Assembly: GCA_041389825.1 (NCBI GenBank)
Contig: JAWKRC010000007.1
Location: forward strand, 61,093 to 125,092
DNA from: Polyangiales bacterium
GTDB taxonomy: Bacteria > Myxococcota_A > Polyangia > Polyangiales > Ga0077539
Reading direction: 5' to 3'
Length of the DNA stretch: 64,000 bases
Below, one piece after another: positions 56,527 through 64,000 of this stretch. Under the pieces are notes generated by a model. The model saw only the letters and a list, made by a program, of their open reading frames with translations. It was not told where the DNA came from and ran no database searches. The position numbers and the translations under genes are program-made. Numbering within the stretch: position 1 is the first letter of the stretch; every line of letters begins with the position of its first letter.

Positions 56527-56632
56527 GTCAGTCCTCCGCTTCGAGGCGCGCGCCGCGACCCACTCGTTCGGGACGTTCCCCGCGCCGGGCGGCGAACGCT
56601 ACCGCCCTTCGTGATGGCGCGACAAGCGACAG

Positions 56633-59600
56633 TCAGCCCCGGCGCGCGCCGGGCCGGAGCGACGGGTTGACCTTACGCAGCGCTGCCTCGCAGTCCTCCA
56701 CGAAGCGCCTCGCCTCGGTCGCGCCGGCCGTGGTGAGCGCCTCGCGCAGGAGCTTTCGCGAGCGGTCGGCGTCGCCCACCTCCATCGCGAGGAGGCCCGC
56801 GAGGTAGCGCGCCTCGATCCCGTCGACCACGAAGCCCTCGGCGTCGAAGAGCGTCGTCGCCGCGTCGAGCCGCACCTCCGCCGACGCGCGCTCCGCCCCG
56901 TCGCGCATCCCCTCGAGGAAGGCCAGGTACGCGTCGGCCCTCGACGCGAGCCGCGCGAAGCCCCGCTGGTCGGCGAGCTCCTTCGCCTCGGTGAAGGCCG
57001 CGTAGGCGCGCGCCGAGTCTCCCGAGCGCCAGCACGCCTCGCCGAGCACCGCGCAGCAGGCCGCGAGGCCGAGCGACCGATCGACCTCACGCGCGAGGTC
57101 CACCGCCACCTGCGCCGCGTCGACGGCCTCGAGCACCGCGTTCACGCCGAGGAGCACCTCGGCCCTCGTGCGCGCGAGCTCCACCCGAAGCCCCGGCTCC
57201 GCCCACGCCTCGGCCTCCAGCGACGAGAACACCGCCACCGCAGCGCTCGCCCCCGCCTCGTCGCCGCCCGCCGCGCGGCACCGCGCCAGCGCCGCCAGCG
57301 CCCGCGCGCGCTCCCTCGGGAGCCCGCTCGCCTCGGCCAGCCGCGCCGCCTCCTCCAGGTGCCGCATCGCCTTGCGGAACTCACCCCGCTCGGCGTGCAC
57401 CGCGCCCAGCGTCGCGACCGCGCCCGCGCGCACCGCGTCGTCGCCCACGGCCTCGCCCATCGCGAGCGCGCGCTCCAGCGTGCGCACCGCGTCGACCATC
57501 TGGTGCCGCCGCGCGTACAGCCGCCCCTGCAAGAGCACCAGCTTCGCGACGGCGTGGCGATCCCCCGCGCTCTCGGCGAGGGCGACGCCGACGAACACCC
57601 GCTCCAGCGCGCGGTCGGTGTCGCGCGCCGCGAGGGCCACCTCGGCGAGGGCGATGTACAGCGGCAGCACCTCGGAGGGGCCGCGCCCCGCGCTCTCGGC
57701 GAGGTCCACCGCGCGCTCCAGCGTCGACACCGAGCCGTCGGGCGCGTGGTCGTTCAACTGCCGACGCGCGGCGCGCATCAGGAAGTGCAGCGTCTGGTCG
57801 AGCTCCCCCGCGGCCTCGTGGTGGTGCGCGAGGCGCTCGGCGAACTCGTCGAGCCGGTCGGGGAGCAGCCGCTCGGTCACCTCGGCCACCGTCGCGTGCA
57901 GCGCGGCGCGCGCCTCGCGCTCGATGCCGTCGTAGAGCACCCTCGCAACACGAGCTCGCTCGCGAAGCGGTACTCCTTGGGCTCCCGGGTGCTCCAGCAC
58001 GCCCGCGGCGACGAGCGCGGCGAAGGCGTTGTCGGCCGCGTCGGGCGCATCCGCGCGACCTCGATGAGCTGCTCGCGGTAGAAGCGCTTAGGCCGATCAC
58101 CGCCGCCACCTGCAACACCTTGCGCTGCGCCGAGGGCAGCCGCGCCACGCGGCTCGCGACCATCCCGCGGAGCGTGTCGGGCAGCGCGCCCTCCAGGGTC
58201 GACGGGTTGTAGAAGACGCCCTCGTCGCCCACCACCACCGCGCGCAAATCGAGGAGCGCCTTGAGGTACTCCTCCAGCGCGAAGGGGTTGCCGCGGGTCT
58301 TCTCCCAGAGGTCGTCGACGAGGTCGCCCGGGAGCACGCCCGTGCCGAGCTGCTGCGCGACGAGCTGCCAGGTCTCGTCTTCGGTGAGGGGCTCGAGCTC
58401 GGCGCGCGTGGCCGACGCGTGCGCGTGCCACGGGAGGCGCCGGCCGCGACGCGCGGCGGTCACCACCACGAGGCGAGACTTCGCCGCGCGCTCGACGAGC
58501 TCGGCCAGGAGCGTCGCCGAGAGGTCGTCCATGTGCTCGGCGGAGTCCCACGCGAGCACGGTGATGCGGTCTTCGGCGAGGCGCGTCGCGATCTTCTGCA
58601 TCGCGCTCCGCAGGGGGCGCGACGCCGAGTCGATCGACTCGATGCTCGCGCTCACCACGCCGAGCACCACGCCCACGGCGAGCATCTCCTCGGGGGTGAG
58701 GCCGAGCTCGCGCACGCGCCGCGCCTTCTCGCGCACCACCGCCTCGGGGTCGACCTCCTCGATCCCGAGGAGCTCGCGCAGCATCGCCTGCATCGCCGCC
58801 AGCGGAATGTCCCTCTCGTGCGAGAGGCAGGTCGCGACGTGCCACGTGACCTTGTGGTTCTGCCGCCGCAGCCGGTAGTGCACCTCCTCGAGGAAGCGGG
58901 TCTTCCCCACGCCCGCCTCGCCCACCACCTCGACCACCTGCAGCCCTTGCGTCGCCGCGCGCGCGAGCACCTCTCCGAAGAGCTTGAAGGGCGCCTGTCG
59001 CCCGACCACCCGCCTCCGCACCTCGGCGCGCGCCTCGATGACCCTCGCGCCTCCGTCAGAGAGCGCCTCGGTCTCGAAGCCCTCGGCCACCGCGCCCGCC
59101 AGCGCGGGAGAGGTCAGCACCCTGTCGCGCGCCGTCAGCGCGAGCGCGCGCGCGGCGCCGATCGACTCCACCAGGGCGTCGTCGTCGACGGGCTGACCGT
59201 CGGCGTCGAGGCGCACCCGCGCCGTCACGAGCCCGATGCCGAGCGACGCGCCCGGCGCGGCCCGCGAGGCGATCTGCTGGAGCGTGAGCGCGACGCGCGT
59301 GGCGTGCGTGACCTCGCGCCCGTCGGGCGAGCGCACCCCGAAGGCGAGCACCACGGCGCCCTCCCGTCGGTCGAGCACGGTGGCCGCGCGTCGGTCGGCG
59401 CTGGTCACCATCGCGTCGAGGCTCGTCTGCACCAGCGACGCAGACGCGCCCGTGAGCTGCGCCGCGAGCATCACCACCGGGCGCCGCTCGTCGAGCGGGC
59501 GCATCGACGACCCGGCCTTGGCGGGCGGAGGCTCGTCCTCGGCGACCTCCTCGATCTCGACCTCCTCGTCGATCTCTTCGATCTCGGGGCCGAGGGCCTC

Positions 59601-60596
59601 GCCGCCGAAGTCGTCGAAGGCGGCCTGGATCCCCCGCACGTCGACGACGGAGCTGGGCCCGGCCTCGCGCACGTCCTTCAGCCACTCGGCGAGGTCGTTG
59701 GGCCCGACGCGCGTGCCGAGGGTGTAGAGGAAGGCCGTGAGCTCCTCGTAGAGCTTCGCCGCGGTGGAGGGCCGCTTCGCGACGTCGAGGCTCATCGTCG
59801 CGTCGAGGAGCGCGACGATCTCGTCGGGCGCGTCGGGGCGGAACTGCTTGAGCGGCGGGTGTCGGCCCTCGAGCACGCGCGCGAGGACGTCCTGCGGACG
59901 CGGCGGGGTCGCCCCCGTGGGCGCGAAGGGGTTCTGCCCGGCGAGGGCCTCGAAGAGCGTGACGCCGAGGGCGTACACGTCGGCGCGCGCGTCGACGGCC
60001 TCGCCCCGCGCCTGCTCGGGCGACATGTACCCGTACTTGCCGCGGATGGTGCCCTGGGCCTCGATGGTGTTGCGGGCCTTGGCGATGCCGAAGTCCGTGA
60101 CCTTCACCTCGCCCTCGGACGAGAGCAGCACGTTCTGCGGAGAGATGTCGCGGTGCACGACCCCGAGCGACTGCCCGTGCGCGTCGCGTCGCCGGTGCGC
60201 GTAGTCGAGCGCCCGGGCCACCTCGCAGGCGATGTACACCGCGATCTCGACGGGAACGTCGCGGCCCTCGCGCCGGCAGTCGCGCAGCACCTGCGCCATG
60301 TCGGCGCCGCGCACGTACTCCATCGCGATGAAGTAGGTGTCCTCCTCGCGGCCGAGGTCGAACACCTGCACGATGTTCGCGTGCGAGAGCGCGACGCTGA
60401 GCCGCGCCTCGTGCAGGAACATGTCGACGAACTGCTGGTTCTGCGCGAGCCCCGGCAGGATGCGCTTGAGCACCACCTGCTTCTCGAAGCCCTCGACGCC
60501 GTAGCTCTTGGCCTTGAAGACCTCGGCCATGCCGCCCCGCGCGATCAGTTCCAGCAACTGATACCGACCGAAGAGCAGGGGAGACTCAGACGACAC
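56633..60596 (-). CDS. Ser/Thr kinase–STAND ATPase–TPR regulator (PknK-like), about 1320 aa. Two frame breaks within about 50 nt near 58040-58090.
   Basis: Kinase motifs: IARGGMAEVFKA, HRDISPQNV, DFG, MSPE. P-loop GEAGVGKTR. Walker B VLAWDSAEHMDD. ...AAVIG then RPKRFYREQLIEVARMR in a second frame, then the helical/TPR body (56633..58000 frame). GTG start 60596 or 60617. Confidence 0.7.
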
Positions 60597-60699
60597 GGCG
60601 CTCCTACGGGGGCGCACCTTGCGTCCCGGGCCAGAGGAGAATACAGCGGCTCGCCTCGCCGCGGGAAACGTTCCCGCGACCCGAGTCCCCGACGCGACG

Positions 60700-62946
60700 A
60701 TGGCCGCCCCGCGCTCCACCCTGGCCCTCTCCGCCTTCATGGCGCTGGGCACCCTCGGCCTCGCCGCGCTGGTCCTCACCCGCGGCGCGGGCCCCCGCGC
60801 GGTCACCGACGGCGCCTGCGAGGTCGGCTCCACCCACTCGGTGAGCGCCGACAACGCCGAGCGCGCGGTCTCCATCACCGACACCCCCGACGGCCCCGTG
60901 GTGCTCCTCGTCTCGCAGCGCGCAGGCCACGCCGTCGCCCGCGCCCTCCGGGTCCCCGCCCAGGGCGCGCCCGCCGAACTCGCGCGCGCCGAGGCCGACG
61001 CCCCCGACAGCGTCTCGCCCCTGGTCGACACCCCCGACGGCCCCGCCTTCGCGACCTGGCGCTCCGGCGCCCTCACGGCCACCGTGCTCGCTTCGCCCCG
61101 GCCGCGCACCGTGACCTTCCCCCGCGGAGAGTCTCCGCCCGGCCGCGACGCGCACCCTCCCTCCGTCTCCCTCGCCCTCGCCCGCGACGGCGCCCTCACC
61201 GCCCTCCTCCTCTGGCCGCCGCCCTTCGGCCTCCGCGCGGTCACCGCGCGCACCACGCTCGAGTCCCGCGACCTCCTCCCGCGCGCCACCGCCACCCAAC
61301 GCGACCCGACCCTCGCCCTCACCGGTGACCGGGTCTGGGTCGCGATGGTCGAGACCCGCGCGCCCTCGCGCGCCGACCTCGTGCTCGCGAGCCACCCCGC
61401 CGAGCCCTTCGACGCCTCGCCCCCGACCGTCGTCCGCGTCGCGGGGCTGAGCCCTTCTGCGACGCACCTCGGCCTCCTCACCCGCGCCTCGGGGTCGCTC
61501 GTCGCGCGGTGGTCCGAGCCCGATGGCCCGCGCTACGTCGAGGTCGCACCCGCGGCCGCACCCTCATCGCCCGCGCGCGTCGAGGGCGACCCGGGCGCGT
61601 GGGCGATGGTCGACCACCCCCGCTGCGGCCTCGTCGCGGCGTGGTTCCACGACGGTCAGCTCGGGGTCGCGCCCCTCGACGACGCGCATCGGGCACGACC
61701 CGCCGTGATCGCTCGCGCGCGCCCCGGCGCGGTCTACCTCGCGACCTCGGGGGAGCGCGTCGCGCTCGCGTCGACCTCCGACGAGGGCGCGTCGCTCACC
61801 GAGGTGCTGCTCGACCCGACCTGCGCGCCCACGACCCGACCTGTGGCCCTGCCGCGATCGGTCACGTCGGGCGCGACGAGAATCGTCAACCTCCAGGGCG
61901 ACGCCGACCGCGTCGTGCTCGCGCTCAGCCCCTCGCCCGCCGACGCGACGACCACCGAGCTGCGCTTCGTGACCCTCGACGCGTCGGGCCCGCGCGCCTA
62001 CCCCGCCGCGGCGACGGTCCCGCAAGGGGTGGGATCGATGGCGCTCCTCGACCCTCCGACCGTGATGGTCTCCGGCGCGAACCGCGGCACCATCCGCCTG
62101 CAGCGCGTGGGCGACGTCGCCGACGACGAGCCCGGCGAGGACCTCCTCCTGCGCGACGGGCACGGGCTCGGCGAGGCGCTCCTCACGAGCCGCGCGCGGC
62201 ACCGCGTCTGGGTCGCCTACACCGCGCCCGCCGGAGGGTCAGACCCCTTCCACGAGCCCGGGGGCGTGGTGCTGCAGAGCGCGATCGACGGCCTCGAAGA
62301 CGGGCCGCGCGTCGATGTCGCGGCGGCGCCGCTCCCGCGCGAGCGCTTCACCGAGGCCACGCTCCACGCGATCGACGCGGGCGACGGGGGCGCGGCGCGG
62401 TGGGGCCTCACCCTCGGAGGCCGCGCTTCGAGCCCCGACGACCCCCGCCCCGTCGGCGCCTTCGCCGCGATCTACGACAGCGATTTCGCGAACTCCACGA
62501 CGCCCACGGCGCTGGTGCCCGAGGCGTTGGCCGACCGCTCCGACCGCGTGCGCGCCGCGGAGTGGTCGGGCTCACGCCTGCGCGCCGTCGTGACCGGGCC
62601 GCGGGTCGGGGCGCGCTTCGTCTCGGCCGATCCCTCGCGCGGAGAGGCCCGCGGAGAGGCCCTCGACGCGGTCTCGCCCTCGGCCATCGCGGCGCCCTCG
62701 ATGGTGCCGTGGGGCGACGACGCGCTGGTGATCTGGCTCGACACCACCCGCGCCGACCCCGCGCTCCGACTGCGCCGCTTCGGCCCCGACGGAGCTCCTC
62801 GCGGGCCCGCGCGTTCGCTCGGTGACGTGATCGGCGCGCCGCTGCCCGACGTCACCCTCCCCGTGCGGCGTACAACCTCTGGATTCGTAACGGTATTTCC
62901 CACACGACACGGCCCGCGCATGGCGCGCGTGCGGTGCGGACGGTGA
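60700..62946 (+). CDS. Large hypothetical exported protein, divergent from the kinase.
   Basis: MAAPRSTLALSAFMALGTLGLAALVL signal/TM, then about 720 aa of coding-like sequence without recognised domains. Confidence 0.55.
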   Translation: MAAPRSTLALSAFMALGTLGLAALVLTRGAGPRAVTDGACEVGSTHSVSADNAERAVSITDTPDGPVVLLVSQRAGHAVARALRVPAQGAPAELARAEADAPDSVSPLVDTPDGPAFATWRSGALTATVLASPRPRTVTFPRGESPPGRDAHPPSVSLALARDGALTALLLWPPPFGLRAVTARTTLESRDLLPRATATQRDPTLALTGDRVWVAMVETRAPSRADLVLASHPAEPFDASPPTVVRVAGLSPSATHLGLLTRASGSLVARWSEPDGPRYVEVAPAAAPSSPARVEGDPGAWAMVDHPRCGLVAAWFHDGQLGVAPLDDAHRARPAVIARARPGAVYLATSGERVALASTSDEGASLTEVLLDPTCAPTTRPVALPRSVTSGATRIVNLQGDADRVVLALSPSPADATTTELRFVTLDASGPRAYPAAATVPQGVGSMALLDPPTVMVSGANRGTIRLQRVGDVADDEPGEDLLLRDGHGLGEALLTSRARHRVWVAYTAPAGGSDPFHEPGGVVLQSAIDGLEDGPRVDVAAAPLPRERFTEATLHAIDAGDGGAARWGLTLGGRASSPDDPRPVGAFAAIYDSDFANSTTPTALVPEALADRSDRVRAAEWSGSRLRAVVTGPRVGARFVSADPSRGEARGEALDAVSPSAIAAPSMVPWGDDALVIWLDTTRADPALRLRRFGPDGAPRGPARSLGDVIGAPLPDVTLPVRRTTSGFVTVFPTRHGPRMARVRCGR

Positions 62947-63083
62947 AGCCCGATGGCGCATCTCACGTCACGACGCCCTCACGAAACGAACACATTTCTT
63001 CGGAAGGGATCGATGTGCGTGGCACAATCCCTGCGACCGTCGGAATGCTTGGAGCGCCCGCGTGGGGCGCCTGGAGGTTCCCG

Positions 63084-63503
63084 ATGAAGCTCCTACTTAT
63101 CGAAGACGACGACAACGAGCGCTTCACGCTCGCGCGGGTCCTCGAGCACGCGGGCTACGAAGTCGTCGCTCTCTCGCGCGCCGACGAGGCGCTCGGGCTC
63201 ATCGACGACGGCGGCTTTCACGCGGTGGTGTCCGACGTGATGATGCCCGGCACCGACGGGCTCTCCCTCGCCCGCGCGATCGCCGCGGCCCACCCCGACG
63301 TTCCAATCCTGCTGATGAGCGCCTTTCACCTTTGCAAGCGGCAGCTCGACCGGCTCGACGTGGGCAAGCTCTTCTTCTTCGACAAGCCCCTCGACATCGA
63401 CCGGCTGCTCACCGTGCTGGCCTCGCCCAACACCCCGTCGCGCGGCTCGGCCCCGTCGCTCCCCGACGCCCTCCCCTGCCTGCAGCGCCCCGCCTCAGCC
63501 TGA
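63084..63503 (+). CDS. Stand-alone response-regulator receiver domain protein (CheY-like).
   Basis: KLLLIEDD .. D (VVSDVMMPGTDG) .. ILLMSA receiver motifs. 139 aa. Confidence 0.85.
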   Translation: MKLLLIEDDDNERFTLARVLEHAGYEVVALSRADEALGLIDDGGFHAVVSDVMMPGTDGLSLARAIAAAHPDVPILLMSAFHLCKRQLDRLDVGKLFFFDKPLDIDRLLTVLASPNTPSRGSAPSLPDALPCLQRPASA

Positions 63504-63986
63504 TCGCCCGAAGAGCTTTCGCACGCGACCCGCGAGGGCTCGCATCGCCGACGGGTGCCGCTCGCTGAGCACCCGCCCGTCGCGCGCGCTCACCGCGACG
63601 TGCCCCTCGACCGTGCCCTCGGCGCCCGCGGCCTGGCCCTCGTAGCGATACCGCCGGAGCCACAGCGGGTAGTGCACCAGCAGCGCGCTCCGCACCCGCA
63701 CCTCGAAGCTCGACACCAGCGCCCCGCTCGGCACCACCCTCCGCCGCAGCCGGTCGCCCACCTCGGCCTCCACCGCGTCGCGAGGGACGTCGGGGTCGAG
63801 CACCTCACCGTCGAGGGTCGCGTCGCGCCGCGGGGTGAGGTCTCCGATGGCCAGCGTGACCTTCGCCGAGGGGTCGAAGGCCAGCACGCGCCGCGCGGGG
63901 AGCACCATCACCGCGTCGTTGAAGCGCGTGCCTCCGGTGGGGAGCACCGAGCGCACGCGGCCCTTCTGGTCCGTCACCGCGCGCAC
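63495..63986 (-). CDS. Hypothetical protein. The ORF start is close to the window edge.
   Basis: 163-aa ORF. Moderate coding-like composition. Confidence 0.35.
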   Translation of the reverse strand: MRAVTDQKGRVRSVLPTGGTRFNDAVMVLPARRVLAFDPSAKVTLAIGDLTPRRDATLDGEVLDPDVPRDAVEAEVGDRLRRRVVPSGALVSSFEVRVRSALLVHYPLWLRRYRYEGQAAGAEGTVEGHVAVSARDGRVLSERHPSAMRALAGRVRKLFGRSG

Positions 63987-64000
63987 GCCGAGGTGGTAGC

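Noticed and set aside
56631-56660. GC palindrome cccggcgcgcgccggg near the kinase-STAND stop, as a terminator.
   Set aside because: It overlaps the coding 3' end and has no loop. It was not called as a feature.
57381-61481. 1366-aa ORF N-terminal 290 aa as part of the kinase.
   Set aside because: That part is antisense to the 60700..62946 gene and is low-complexity. The kinase starts at GTG about 60596/60617.
1-64000. Mobile elements, integrases, tRNA/rRNA genes, toxin-antitoxin pairs, and T6SS core (vgrG, hcp, tssB/C) genes.
   Set aside because: None were recognisable by motif inspection of any frame. The PAAR/DUF4123 genes are not accompanied by core components within this window.

Overview
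This window is about 72% GC and looks like chromosomal DNA from a myxobacterium (phylum Myxococcota). The evidence for that taxon is: two proteins ending in a MYXO-CTERM sorting signal (Cys-containing segment, hydrophobic helix, Arg cluster); at least six eukaryotic-like Ser/Thr kinases, three of them kinase–STAND ATPase–TPR giants; many lipoproteins; a PAAR/DUF4123 island. No rRNA, tRNA, CRISPR, integrase or transposase was found. The secure calls are the housekeeping genes htpG, gap-pgk-tpiA-secG, an RNase II-family enzyme, a PlsC acyltransferase and a PpiC rotamase. The rest is accessory or signalling content. The items most worth attention are: (1) an operon of a Ser/Thr kinase, a PAAR spike protein, a DUF4123 adaptor and an FHA–DUF4123 fusion, with no T6SS core genes and no obvious effector, followed by a small secreted Cys-rich protein and a T4-Pnk-like polynucleotide kinase/3'-phosphatase; (2) a full-length bacterial major vault protein (MVP) homolog; (3) a roughly 1330-aa secreted lipoprotein built from about 20 tandem 43-aa eight-cysteine modules (STIG1-like NCGxCGxxC core) plus a Gly-rich C-terminal domain; (4) a lipoprotein fusing a CxxCH heme motif to a PHM/DBH-type copper monooxygenase signature; (5) a Zur-like regulator next to a His-rich ZupT/ZIP-like transporter; (6) a two-gene operon of unknown function containing a 4 x 90-aa repeat protein. 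One caution applies to every gene model here: reading frames break in at least 20 places (kinases, transporter, methyltransferase start, coiled-coil gene, repeat protein, DedA, PEGA protein, membrane protein), including two breaks within 50 nt and a one-base loss in an A-run at a start codon. This pattern fits indel sequencing errors at least as well as pseudogenes, so several models are stitched across frames. Coordinates were derived mainly from the ORF track by residue counting and may be a few nucleotides off.
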